From NCBI RefSeq assembly GCF_903913935.1, contig NZ_CAIWNH010000485.1, forward strand, positions 1 to 61,874: 61,874 nucleotides of DNA. The letters are read 5' to 3'. Positions 29,754 to 39,584 of this stretch are shown here, piece after piece; positions within the stretch are counted from its first letter, which is position 1, and the number at the start of each line of letters is the position of its first letter. The notes under the pieces are model-generated. The model made no database searches. It was not told the DNA's origin and was given only the letters and a program-made list of their open reading frames with translations. The DNA is from an uncultured Mucilaginibacter sp. GTDB lineage: Bacteria; Bacteroidota; Bacteroidia; Sphingobacteriales; Sphingobacteriaceae. The position numbers and the translations under genes were made by a program.

Positions 29754-30953
29754 ATGGGATTCAAAAAACTATTAACTTCTAAAAAAGCGCTTTTACTTTT
29801 TGCGGCAACCATGCTTTTCGGGTCGCATCAGCTAATGGCACAAGCAGTAGCGCAGGGCACAACAACGGCAGGAACACCTGATACAATGGCCAGCAGCGGA
29901 ATGTGGACTGGCGTGCTCTATTATGTACTCCTTGCCCTGGTAGCCTGTTTCTGTATAGCCATCCTCGGTAAAATATTAAAGGTTTATGATCTAACCCTTA
30001 CAATGCAGGGAAAGAAACCAATCAACTGGAATAGTTTTATGGCTATTTTATGCCTGGTGTTCCTGATCGCTGGTTTGTACGGTGCATATTGGTCACTAAC
30101 TGTGCAAGGCAGTATGACTTTGCCCAAATCAGCATCGGCCCACGGTGTTGATATTGACAGTATGTTTAACCTGACCAGTGCACTTACGCTTATAGTATTT
30201 GTAATTACACAGGTGCTTTTATTCGGATTTTTATTCTATTACCGCGCTTCAGACAAACGTAAAGCATACTTCCTGCCGCACAACAATACCATTGAAAAGG
30301 TTTGGACCATTATACCTGCTATTGTTTTAACCGTGCTGGTAGTATTTGGTTTCTTTACCTGGCAAAGTGTTGAAAATAGCACCAATATGAAAGGTGACAT
30401 TAATATCGACGTTACCGGCCACCAGTTTGCCTGGGAATTACGTTATCCAGGTCCGGACGGTAAACTAGGTCAATTAGACTACAGACTTACAACAGGCCTT
30501 AACAAACTAGGCATAGACTATAAAGACCGGAACAGCTATGACGACCTGCAGGCTGATACACTGGTATTGCCTGTAAATAAATCAATCAGGTTAAATATTC
30601 ATGCGCAGGATGTGATCCACAGCGTTTTTATGCCGCACTTCAGGTTACAACAAAACGCGGTACCAGGATTGCCTACTTATTTTAAGTTTGTACCAACTGT
30701 TACTACAGATCAAATGCGCTCTGAAACTAATAACCCCAAATTTGAATACCTGCTGTATTGCAATAAGATATGCGGTGGCATCCACTACAATATGCAAAAG
30801 GTGGTACGTGTAGTTTCAGAATCTGAATACCAGGACTGGATTGCAAAACAAAAACCATATTTAACTGATCAGTTAAAACAACAATTAAAAGTAGCTGCCG
30901 CAAAATCATCGGCCGGCGCATTATCATCAAACAAGTTAGCGTTAAATAATTAA
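29754..30953 (+). CDS. coxB: Cytochrome c oxidase subunit II
   Basis: QFAW, DVIHS, CuA motif CNKICGGIHYNM. Confidence 0.93.
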   Translation: MGFKKLLTSKKALLLFAATMLFGSHQLMAQAVAQGTTTAGTPDTMASSGMWTGVLYYVLLALVACFCIAILGKILKVYDLTLTMQGKKPINWNSFMAILCLVFLIAGLYGAYWSLTVQGSMTLPKSASAHGVDIDSMFNLTSALTLIVFVITQVLLFGFLFYYRASDKRKAYFLPHNNTIEKVWTIIPAIVLTVLVVFGFFTWQSVENSTNMKGDINIDVTGHQFAWELRYPGPDGKLGQLDYRLTTGLNKLGIDYKDRNSYDDLQADTLVLPVNKSIRLNIHAQDVIHSVFMPHFRLQQNAVPGLPTYFKFVPTVTTDQMRSETNNPKFEYLLYCNKICGGIHYNMQKVVRVVSESEYQDWIAKQKPYLTDQLKQQLKVAAAKSSAGALSSNKLALNN

Positions 30954-30969
30954 TATAAGATTAGCGAGT

Positions 30970-32856
30970 ATGTCAACATTAGCAGTTCACGATCACGGCT
31001 TGGTACATCACGAAGAAGGACACGAACACCATCATAAAGCCACTTTTCTGAATACTTATGTATTTAGTCAGGATCATAAAATGATTGCCAAACAATTCCT
31101 GATCACCGGGATCACGATGGCATTTATCGGTATGTTGTTATCTCTGTTATTCAGGATACAGTTAGCCTATCCGGATAAATCATTCCCTTTACTGGAAACG
31201 TTATTGGGCCGTTTCGCACCAGGCGGACGTTTAAGCCCTGATTTTTATATGTCGCTGGTTACTATACACGGTACTATCATGGTATTCTTTGTGTTGACAG
31301 CAGGCTTAAGCGGAACTTTTGCGAACTTATTGATTCCTCTTCAGATAGGAGCCCGTGATATGGCTTCTCCTTTTGTAAATATGCTATCCTATTGGTTCTT
31401 CCTTATAGCAAGTATCATCATGGTTTCTGCATTTTTCGTCGAAAAAGGGCCCGCCAGCGGTGGCTGGACCATTTACCCGCCTTTATCGGCTTTACCTACG
31501 GCCATGCCGGGTTCGGCTGAAGGTATGACTTTATGGCTCATCAGTATGGTTTGCTTTATTGCCTCATCATTAATGGGCGGTATCAATTACGTAAGTACGG
31601 TATTAAATATGCGTACTAAAGGCATGGACCTCTGGAAAATGCCATTAACTGTTTGGGCATTATTCCTTACAGCAGTATTAGGCGTACTTGCATTCCCTGT
31701 ATTAGTTGCGGGCGTTGTTTTGTTGATATTTGACAGAAGTTTCGGTACAAGCTTTTACCTTTCGGATATTGTTTTGAACGGAAAAGTAATGCCATTTGAA
31801 GGCGGCAGCCCTATATTATTCCAACACTTATTCTGGTTCCTTGGCCACCCTGAAGTTTACATTATCATTATGCCTGCGATGGGGATCTCATCTGAGGTAA
31901 TGTCGGTAAATTCACGTAAACCTATTTTCGGTTACCATGCTATGGTTTATTCGCTTATTGGTATCACCGTGCTATCGTTTATCGTTTGGGGTCACCACAT
32001 GTTTGTAACCGGGATGAACCCATTCCTTGGCGGTGTATTTATGATCACCACGCTCATCATTGCGGTGCCATCGGCAGTAAAAACATTTAACTGGCTTGCT
32101 ACGCTATGGCGTGGTAATATCCGCTTCACTCCCGCCATGCTGTTTGCAATCGGTATGGTTTCTTTCTTTATCTCTGGCGGTTTAACCGGTATATTCCTGG
32201 GTAACGCTGCTTTGGACATCAACTTGCACGATACTTATTTCGTGGTTGCCCACTTCCACCTTGTAATGGGCTCTGCGGCAATTTTCGGTATGCTTGCTGG
32301 TGTGTACCATTGGTTCCCTAAAATGTTCCGCCGCATGATGGACGATCGTTTAGGATACCTGCATGTCTGGGTAACTTTTGTAGGTGCCTACCTGGTATTT
32401 TTTCCGATGCACTTTATGGGTCTTGAGGGAGTTCCACGTCGCTACTACGCCATAACTGAGTTTCACCAATGGGATCACTGGCTTAATGTAAATACGTTTA
32501 TTACATGGGCAGCTATTATGTCAGGCTTTGCACAGGTTGCATTTATTATCAACTTTGTATATTCTATATTTTGGGGTAAGAAAACCGTTCAAAACCCTTG
32601 GAATGCAAACACTTTGGAATGGACCGCCCCTATCGAACATATACACGGCAACTGGATTGGTGAATTACCGACTGTTTACCGCTGGCCATATGATTATAGC
32701 AAGCCTGGACATGAAGAAGATTTCATTCCGCAAAACGTTCCTTTTTCACAAACCATGAGTTCAAATATGCCTCATGATTTTGAAGACAATCCTGAAGGGT
32801 TGGAAGAATTCAATAAGTGGACAAGTACACAAAAAGCTAACGAAGAAGTAAAATAA
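30970..32856 (+). CDS. ctaD: Cytochrome c oxidase subunit I (A1 type)
   Basis: FWFLGHPEVY, WGHHM, HDTYFVVAHFH, PRRY. Confidence 0.97.
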   Translation: MSTLAVHDHGLVHHEEGHEHHHKATFLNTYVFSQDHKMIAKQFLITGITMAFIGMLLSLLFRIQLAYPDKSFPLLETLLGRFAPGGRLSPDFYMSLVTIHGTIMVFFVLTAGLSGTFANLLIPLQIGARDMASPFVNMLSYWFFLIASIIMVSAFFVEKGPASGGWTIYPPLSALPTAMPGSAEGMTLWLISMVCFIASSLMGGINYVSTVLNMRTKGMDLWKMPLTVWALFLTAVLGVLAFPVLVAGVVLLIFDRSFGTSFYLSDIVLNGKVMPFEGGSPILFQHLFWFLGHPEVYIIIMPAMGISSEVMSVNSRKPIFGYHAMVYSLIGITVLSFIVWGHHMFVTGMNPFLGGVFMITTLIIAVPSAVKTFNWLATLWRGNIRFTPAMLFAIGMVSFFISGGLTGIFLGNAALDINLHDTYFVVAHFHLVMGSAAIFGMLAGVYHWFPKMFRRMMDDRLGYLHVWVTFVGAYLVFFPMHFMGLEGVPRRYYAITEFHQWDHWLNVNTFITWAAIMSGFAQVAFIINFVYSIFWGKKTVQNPWNANTLEWTAPIEHIHGNWIGELPTVYRWPYDYSKPGHEEDFIPQNVPFSQTMSSNMPHDFEDNPEGLEEFNKWTSTQKANEEVK

Positions 32857-32925
32857 GTCCGAAGTTTTTAGTCCTGAGTCTTGAGCCAAAAGATTTGTGT
32901 ATGTCTTTGGCTTAAGACTCAGGAT
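32856..32925. repeat. Heptamer-based inverted repeat (hairpin) after ctaD
   Basis: tcctgagtcttgagccaaaaga ... tctttggcttaagactcagga; same AGTC family as 11738-11849. Confidence 0.7.
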
Positions 32926-33037
32926 TTGTTTTAATACCACTTTTATGCCGGTTGAAAGGTTGCTTGCCTTTCAGTTTGATTATTTAGTTAGCAACGTTCG
33001 GCTTAAAACTAACAATCGGTTTTTGCTTTAATTATAA

Positions 33038-34099
33038 ATGAAGACATTCGCGTCAAAAGTCAGGTTCCAGAAATACAGCCTAGTTACTATAGTACTGCTC
33101 TTTATACTTATTCTTGCAGGCGCAGTAGTTCGTAGTACAGGGTCTGGAATGGGATGTCCTGATTGGCCAAAATGTTTCGGACAATACGTGCCTCCTACCT
33201 CCATCAACGAACTTCCAAAAGATTATAAGCAGAAATACGTTGCTGAACGGTCGGAGAAAAATCAAAAATTCGCCAAAACACTTGATCTTTTTGGGTACGG
33301 CGACCTTGCACGCCGGATTAGGGAAGACAAATCAATATTACTGCCAGAAGAATTTAACGCCGCCAAAACATGGACGGAATATATCAACCGCCTTATTGGT
33401 GCAATCTCTGGTTTATTGTTGGTACTGGTAGCTATTTTTTCATTCAGTTACGGCAGCGAAAACAAACTTATACCATTTTTAAGTATTCTAAATATTCTGC
33501 TGGTAGGTTTCCAGGCGTGGCTAGGGTCCATCGTAGTATCCACCAACCTCGTATCAGGTATTGTAACGCTGCACATGTTGATTGCGTTAGCTATCCTGGC
33601 TATACTCATAGGCTGCTATCATATGGCTAAAACTCATGGCAAGCACAAGTTGGATTCGAGCCCGATCACACACGTAGTAATGGTGCTTACCCTGGTTATA
33701 TCAACAGTTCAAATTGTTTTTGGAACTGAAGTAAGAGAAAAGATAGACGCAGTATCAACGCATTTACAGGGCGGTTACCGCGAAGCATGGATCAGTAACG
33801 CAGGAGCGATATTTGTTCAGCATCGCGACATCGCTATATTAGTATTACTGGCAAACATTGTACTGTTTTTGCTCATTCGTAACGGATTTAGCAGGCATTC
33901 CAATCAACAACAGGTAATGAGCATTATATTCCTGGTGATCATGCTGCAAATGGGTACAGGAATCTTGTTATCCTATTGGGCGCTGCCACCGTTTGCACAG
34001 GCAATACATATTTTACTGGCCAGCCTTATATTCGGTGCCCAGTTTTACCTGATGCTGAATTTGTATACATCAGTAAAGAACCAGGAGGCCAACAGATGA
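33038..34099 (+). CDS. ctaA: Heme A synthase (COX15/CtaA family)
   Basis: VRSTGSGMGCPDWPKC, EYINR, QAWLG, multiple TM helices. Confidence 0.9.
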   Translation: MKTFASKVRFQKYSLVTIVLLFILILAGAVVRSTGSGMGCPDWPKCFGQYVPPTSINELPKDYKQKYVAERSEKNQKFAKTLDLFGYGDLARRIREDKSILLPEEFNAAKTWTEYINRLIGAISGLLLVLVAIFSFSYGSENKLIPFLSILNILLVGFQAWLGSIVVSTNLVSGIVTLHMLIALAILAILIGCYHMAKTHGKHKLDSSPITHVVMVLTLVISTVQIVFGTEVREKIDAVSTHLQGGYREAWISNAGAIFVQHRDIAILVLLANIVLFLLIRNGFSRHSNQQQVMSIIFLVIMLQMGTGILLSYWALPPFAQAIHILLASLIFGAQFYLMLNLYTSVKNQEANR

Positions 34100-34959
34100 A
34101 ATGGAGCGATTTTTCGAAACTGATAAAGCTGCGACTAACCTTTTTAGTAGTTTTCTCCGCGTCCATTTCTTTTCTGATCGGCAGTAAAGTTAACGGAGAC
34201 ATCAACTGGTTTAACTGGGGCAAATTGATCGTTGGTGGCTTTTTAGTAACAGCGGCTGCAAACTGTTTTAACGAAATTATTGAAAAGGACCTTGATAAGC
34301 TGATGAAGCGGACGATGGACCGGCCGATACCGTCGGGACACATGACCACAGGCCAGGCGCTCGTATTAGGTTTATTTATGGGGATAGCGGGCACCTACCT
34401 TTTAGGCAGCCTTAATATTGATACGGGATTATTATCCGTATTTTCAATTGTACTATATGCTTTTGTTTATACACCGCTAAAGCGTAAATCGCCAATTGCA
34501 GTATTCGTTGGCGCCATACCTGGTGCATTACCCCCCCTAATCGGCTACGTAGCTGCACACGAAAGGATTGATGCCATCGCTTTAATATTATTCGGGATAC
34601 AATTTGTTTGGCAGTTCCCACACTTCTGGGCAATTGCCTGGGTTTTGGACGATGATTACAAGCTGGCAGGATTCAGGCTCCTTCCTTCGGGAAAGAGAAA
34701 TTTAACAAGTGCAATAGTAACTTTTATATTTACATTACTATTAGTACCAGTAAGTTTATTGCCTACCTGGTACCATTTTGGCGGCTATTATGTAGGGGCC
34801 GTATCATTGGTGTTCAGCCTGGCATTTTTATACCTGGCGTATAAGCTTTTAAGCACCCTGGAGATCGGATCGGCAAAAAAGCTCATGTATGGTTCGTTTT
34901 TATATTTGCCGGTAGTGCAATTAATGTTTTTATTTGATTTTATAGGAAAAGTGAAATGA
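34096..34959 (+). CDS. cyoE: Protoheme IX farnesyltransferase (heme O synthase)
   Basis: Start ATG 34096 in an ATGA overlap; DKLMKRT..RPIP, YTPLKR, WQFPHFWA. Confidence 0.95.
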   Translation: MKWSDFSKLIKLRLTFLVVFSASISFLIGSKVNGDINWFNWGKLIVGGFLVTAAANCFNEIIEKDLDKLMKRTMDRPIPSGHMTTGQALVLGLFMGIAGTYLLGSLNIDTGLLSVFSIVLYAFVYTPLKRKSPIAVFVGAIPGALPPLIGYVAAHERIDAIALILFGIQFVWQFPHFWAIAWVLDDDYKLAGFRLLPSGKRNLTSAIVTFIFTLLLVPVSLLPTWYHFGGYYVGAVSLVFSLAFLYLAYKLLSTLEIGSAKKLMYGSFLYLPVVQLMFLFDFIGKVK

Positions 34960-35537
34960 TGGCGCAGATACAACAAAAAGATAAGGTAAACCTTGGTGCA
35001 AAAAAATTCAGTATGTGGATATTCATATTCACATCGTTTATGCTATTTGCCGCCTTATCCAGCGGATTTATTGTTTACAGCGGCGGCAGGGGCCATGGCC
35101 TCGACGTAATTTTGCCGCAGGCATTTATGTACAGTACTGCTGTTATATTGCTCAGCAGCATTACCTTGTTTTTTGCATCAAAGGCTGCACGGCAATTGCA
35201 GTTTGCAAAACAGCGGCTTTATCTATGGCTTACTTTTTTCTTAGGAATAGCCTTTTTCGCGATACAGATCTATGCATGGTACGTCCTGGCAATAAAAATG
35301 GGCATCTATTTTATTAACCCGAATGCTTCAAGGTCATTCATCTATGTATTCAGCGGATTACATTTAGTACACGTTTTAGCGGGACTGGCAGTAATGTTAA
35401 ATGTCATCATAGCCAGTTATCGCAATACACCACAGGTAAAGAATTTATTCAAAATGGAAATGGCATCTATTTTTTGGCATTTTCTCGATATTATATGGAT
35501 TTATCTGTATGTTTTTTTACTTTTGAACCAATCTTAA
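34956..35537 (+). CDS. Cytochrome c oxidase subunit III family protein (first)
   Basis: GLHLVH, FWHFLDIIWIY. Confidence 0.9.
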   Translation: MMAQIQQKDKVNLGAKKFSMWIFIFTSFMLFAALSSGFIVYSGGRGHGLDVILPQAFMYSTAVILLSSITLFFASKAARQLQFAKQRLYLWLTFFLGIAFFAIQIYAWYVLAIKMGIYFINPNASRSFIYVFSGLHLVHVLAGLAVMLNVIIASYRNTPQVKNLFKMEMASIFWHFLDIIWIYLYVFLLLNQS

Positions 35538-35557
35538 AAACAAATAACTAAGTACAA

Positions 35558-36286
35558 ATGAGTACAGCAGTAACACAACATGTTGATGAGGTAAAATCAA
35601 CACCAGGGTCAGGAGGCAGATCGCCTTTTAATGTAGAGTATGGCAAAATGATGATGTGGTTTTTCCTCCTCTCGGATGCATTTACTTTTTCATCATTATT
35701 GATCTCTTACGGCGCTTTACGTTTTAGCGCCCCAACATGGCCTTCGCCATCTTTGGTATTCCAATCCGTTCCCGGAACTTCAATTGAGCACGGCGCTCCT
35801 TTGGTATTTGTAGGTATCATGACCTTCATACTGATAGCGAGTTCGGTAACAATGGTTTTGGCAGTTGAAGCGGGCCATCGCAATGCAAAAAAAGAAGTAG
35901 TTACCTGGATGTTGTTCACCATATTAGGCGGATTGATGTTTTTAAGCTGCCAGGCTTTGGAGTGGAATCACTTACACAGCGAAGGCTTCTGGTGGGGACA
36001 TATTCCAACCAAAGAAGTGATGTCAGAGTTTTTTAAAGGAAACGTAACAGAAGGCCAGATGGCAATGACATCTCATCAGTTTGCAAATTTATTCTTTACT
36101 ATAACAGGGTTTCATGGTTTCCACGTATTCTCGGGGGTGGTTATTAATATCATCATTACGATAAACGTTTTACTGGGCACCTATGCAAAACGCGGCAGCT
36201 ATTTAATGATCGAAAAAGTAGGTTTATACTGGCACTTTGTAGATTTGGTGTGGGTGTTTGTATTTACTTTCTTCTATTTAGTTTGA
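35558..36286 (+). CDS. Cytochrome c oxidase subunit III family protein (second)
   Basis: MWFFLLSD, TGFHGFHV, LYWHFVDLVWVFVF. Confidence 0.92.
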   Translation: MSTAVTQHVDEVKSTPGSGGRSPFNVEYGKMMMWFFLLSDAFTFSSLLISYGALRFSAPTWPSPSLVFQSVPGTSIEHGAPLVFVGIMTFILIASSVTMVLAVEAGHRNAKKEVVTWMLFTILGGLMFLSCQALEWNHLHSEGFWWGHIPTKEVMSEFFKGNVTEGQMAMTSHQFANLFFTITGFHGFHVFSGVVINIIITINVLLGTYAKRGSYLMIEKVGLYWHFVDLVWVFVFTFFYLV

Positions 36287-36306
36287 TAATTTAACCTGAT
36301 TAAGAT

Positions 36307-36663
36307 ATGTCATCAGAAACTACAACAGTTCATGCCGAAGGCGCTGAACACGGCGAACACGAAGGAATGACCAAAAAAAGAATATTAAAGATCTTTTATA
36401 TTCTAACGGCGATTACCTGTGTGGAATTTTTTATCGCACTAGTGATAGCTCCCCATTATAAAGACGGTGCGGTTTGGATAAACCCGGCTTATATTGTTTT
36501 AACTTTATTAAAAGCATATTTTATTGTCGCATTTTTTATGCACTTAAAATTTGAAAAAGTGGGATTGGCGCTGGCTATCATCGTTCCCATTCTTTTTATA
36601 ATCGGTTTAATACTGGTGCTTACAAATGAGAGCCACTATTGGATCGGTTTAAGGCACATATGA
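36307..36663 (+). CDS. Cytochrome c oxidase subunit IV family protein
   Basis: KAYFIVAFFMHLKFE; three TM helices. Confidence 0.88.
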   Translation: MSSETTTVHAEGAEHGEHEGMTKKRILKIFYILTAITCVEFFIALVIAPHYKDGAVWINPAYIVLTLLKAYFIVAFFMHLKFEKVGLALAIIVPILFIIGLILVLTNESHYWIGLRHI

Positions 36664-37361
36664 AAATTGCGGTCATATTAAAAAAAACTATAATCCTGGT
36701 ACTTGTCTTATTGGTGCCAGGATTTTTATATTATTTACTGGTATCCAAGGGCAAAAACAGGTACTTAAATCTACCGGTTTACGGGCCTAAAACCGTACTA
36801 AAAACAACGCACAAGGTTGGCCATAACGATGTACCTGATACGCTTTATCACACGTTGCCAGACTTTAAACTGACCGACCAGGACGGTAACACCATAACGC
36901 CAAAAACATTCTCCAAAAAAATATTCATCGCTAACTTTTTTTACACGCACTGTAAAGGCTTATGCGACCAGATGAACACGAGTATCAACCAATTGGCTAC
37001 GGGTTATGCAGCCAGTAAAATGGTTTACTTTGTTTCTATCTCTGTTGATCCCCAACGCGATTCCGTAAAAGCCTTAAAAAACTATGCTAATGTGATTAAA
37101 CCGGCGTCATCAAGATGGCTGTTTTTAACAGGCGATACGGCTGCTATTTATCCCCTGGCGCATAATGGCTTCCTGGTTAACGCACTACAGTCCGATAATG
37201 ACAACTTTATTTACAGTGATAAGCTCATGTTGATTGACGGGGAACTACGGATAAGAGGATATTACAGCGGCGCATCCACTTCAGATATGATCAAGCTTGG
37301 TGATGAAATTAAAGTATTAATAAAAGAAGAGGTGTTAAAAAATGATACACCAATGTATTAG
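36660..37361 (+). CDS. SCO/SenC-family protein
   Basis: ATG 36660 in an ATGA overlap; F.LTDQDG, FFYTHCKGLC, SISVDP, WLFLTGD, IRGYY. Confidence 0.88.
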   Translation: MKIAVILKKTIILVLVLLVPGFLYYLLVSKGKNRYLNLPVYGPKTVLKTTHKVGHNDVPDTLYHTLPDFKLTDQDGNTITPKTFSKKIFIANFFYTHCKGLCDQMNTSINQLATGYAASKMVYFVSISVDPQRDSVKALKNYANVIKPASSRWLFLTGDTAAIYPLAHNGFLVNALQSDNDNFIYSDKLMLIDGELRIRGYYSGASTSDMIKLGDEIKVLIKEEVLKNDTPMY

Positions 37362-37529
37362 GTGACGAATCAGGGATCAGGACATTCAAAATATCGTAAT
37401 AATCCAAAATTGCACCCTGTTGCTCAATGCATGCCATTTATACATTTAGTGATTGCTTTTTGACTCCCGATAACAAAGGGGTTTTTTCTATACGCCGGAT
37501 TCCTTAATCCTGGTTCTAAAAACAAAGTT

Positions 37530-38102
37530 ATGACAGATAAATTTATATTCCGTTTTGTTGCAGCAGTATCCGTATTCGTATTTGTTGTAGTGCTGGTATT
37601 AAACCGGAGGCTCATTCCTGCCCCTGCGGTAATTCCTTCATTCACTGTTTACTTACCAATGCTTAACGCATTTTTAAACGGTACGTGCAGCCTGCTGCTG
37701 CTGGCATCGCTTTATTTTATAAAGCTTCATAACATTCAAATGCACAAGCGCATAAATATTACGGCCTTTTGTTTGTCGTCGTTATTTTTAGTTTCGTACA
37801 TCCTGTTCCACTATTTGAAATCCGATACCATATTTGGCGATGTTAATGGCGATGGGCACCTGTCCGCATCAGAAAGCGAAGCCGTGAGTACTTTACGCCC
37901 TGTTTATTTAGCTATACTCATCTCCCATATTATCCTTGCTGCCGGCGTTTTACCACTCATATTGCTAAGTTTTTACCGGGGCCTGCAAATGCAGGTTGAA
38001 AAACATAAAAAGCTGGTGCGATGGGCCTTCCCAATTTGGTTTTATGTAACAGTTACGGGCGTTATTGTTTACCTGATGATTTCTCCTTATTACCATTTTT
38101 AA
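37530..38102 (+). CDS. DUF420-family membrane protein
   Basis: LNAFLNG, FLVSYILFH, SHIILA, HKKLVRWAFPIWFYV.VTG. Confidence 0.88.
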   Translation: MTDKFIFRFVAAVSVFVFVVVLVLNRRLIPAPAVIPSFTVYLPMLNAFLNGTCSLLLLASLYFIKLHNIQMHKRINITAFCLSSLFLVSYILFHYLKSDTIFGDVNGDGHLSASESEAVSTLRPVYLAILISHIILAAGVLPLILLSFYRGLQMQVEKHKKLVRWAFPIWFYVTVTGVIVYLMISPYYHF

Positions 38103-38198
38103 GGATATCTGCAAAAGTTAAAGGTTGTGTCTGGCTTTGATTTAAAACGCAACCAGCCCGGATTGCTTCCTATCATTAAATAAGCTAAATTTGCATTT

Positions 38199-38477
38199 AT
38201 GAAAGCATGGCTTAAAATAACTATAACACTTGGGATACTTTGCCTGGTGATGATTGCATTTGAACCAGTGCAAGCACAATGCTCTCAATGTGCGGCACAG
38301 GTAGCCACCAATTCAAAAAATGGCGGTAATGCAGCAAATGGATTAAATAAAGGCATATATCTTTTGTTAGCCGCCCCCTACCTTGCAGTGGGCTTTGTTG
38401 GCTTTATATGGTATAAAAAATTCAGGCGCAAAAATGTTAATCTCGATATCCAAAACGATAAATTACATTTAAACTAA
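38199..38477 (+). CDS. Small exported CxxC protein with a TM anchor
   Basis: Signal peptide, AQCSQC, GLNKGIYLLL..PY; TAAATTTG at 38186-38193. Confidence 0.75.
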   Translation: MKAWLKITITLGILCLVMIAFEPVQAQCSQCAAQVATNSKNGGNAANGLNKGIYLLLAAPYLAVGFVGFIWYKKFRRKNVNLDIQNDKLHLN

Positions 38478-38517
38478 GTGTATTAAACCTGGGGAAACCT
38501 GTTTATCTCAAAAATAA

Positions 38518-38925
38518 ATGTCAAAAACAGCTAAATCATGGGCAATGCTGCATGCCAAATGCCCGCGATGCCGCAGAGGCGCTATGTTTAGTGGCGGGAT
38601 TTATAATTTCGGGTCTAACAAGATATTTGACAGGTGCCCGCATTGTAACTTATATTACGAGATAGAACCCGGGTATTTTTATGCAGCAATGTATGTAAGC
38701 TATGCATTAAACGTAATGGAAGGCCTTTTGATAGTAGGGCTCACTTTGGGTATAACTCAAAATTCAACATCACCCTGGTTATATATCGGCACAATCTTAA
38801 CAGGATTGCTCGTCCTTTCACCTATCAATTTCAGGTATTCACGCGTTTTGTTATTATATTGGCTATCCCCTAAAATAAATTACCAGCCACATTTAGATAA
38901 AGATGATTCAACGGCACACCATTGA
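38518..38925 (+). CDS. DUF983-family zinc-ribbon membrane protein
   Basis: KCPRC, RCPHC, EPGYFYAAMYVSY. Confidence 0.85.
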   Translation: MSKTAKSWAMLHAKCPRCRRGAMFSGGIYNFGSNKIFDRCPHCNLYYEIEPGYFYAAMYVSYALNVMEGLLIVGLTLGITQNSTSPWLYIGTILTGLLVLSPINFRYSRVLLLYWLSPKINYQPHLDKDDSTAHH

Positions 38926-39565
38926 GTTTTTAAAAGAACTGATTGCAAATAATAACCGCGAATGGTTTATGGCCAACAAGGAGCGGCACGAAACAGCCAG
39001 GGAAAATGTTATTGCCTTTACAAGCGAACTACTAAAACTGCTGCATAAAATTGATCCGCAAATTGATGAGGCACTCGACGCCAAAAAATGTGTAATGCGC
39101 ATTTACCGCGATATTCGTTTCAGTAAAGATAAAACCCCTTACAAAAACTACTTTGGCGTAAGCATCCCTACCAAAGGAACAAAAGCGGGCAGAGCTGAAT
39201 ATTATTTTCAAATTTCACCCGGAAATTCATTAATAGCAGGTGGCTACTGGATGCCCGAGGCGGAGCATTTAAAAGCTATAAGACAGGAAATTGACTACAA
39301 CGCAAACGATCTGAAAAAAATAATTGACGAACCGGAGTTTATAAGTCTGTTTGGCGATTTCAGAAAACAAGAACAACTAAAAAGTGTTCCAAGAGAATAC
39401 AGCGCTGATAATGAAAATATTGAATTGTTGAAACTAAAAAGTTTTGTAGCTTTTCACCCTTTAAAGGATGATGAATTATTACTAAAAAATGCGGTGCCGG
39501 ATATTGCCGGCATTTGCGGCAAAATTTATCCCCTTAACGTTTTTTTAAATAATGCATTAGCTTAA
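38903..39565 (+). CDS. DUF2461-family protein
   Basis: NNNREWF, RIYRDIRFSKDKTPYK. Confidence 0.9.
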   Translation: MIQRHTIEFLKELIANNNREWFMANKERHETARENVIAFTSELLKLLHKIDPQIDEALDAKKCVMRIYRDIRFSKDKTPYKNYFGVSIPTKGTKAGRAEYYFQISPGNSLIAGGYWMPEAEHLKAIRQEIDYNANDLKKIIDEPEFISLFGDFRKQEQLKSVPREYSADNENIELLKLKSFVAFHPLKDDELLLKNAVPDIAGICGKIYPLNVFLNNALA

Positions 39566-39584
39566 TCAACCATAATTTATTGTC

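Noticed and set aside
33976-34095. Long N-terminal extension of cyoE
   Set aside because: Overlaps ctaA by ~120 nt; ATG 34096 gives a standard ATGA coupling.
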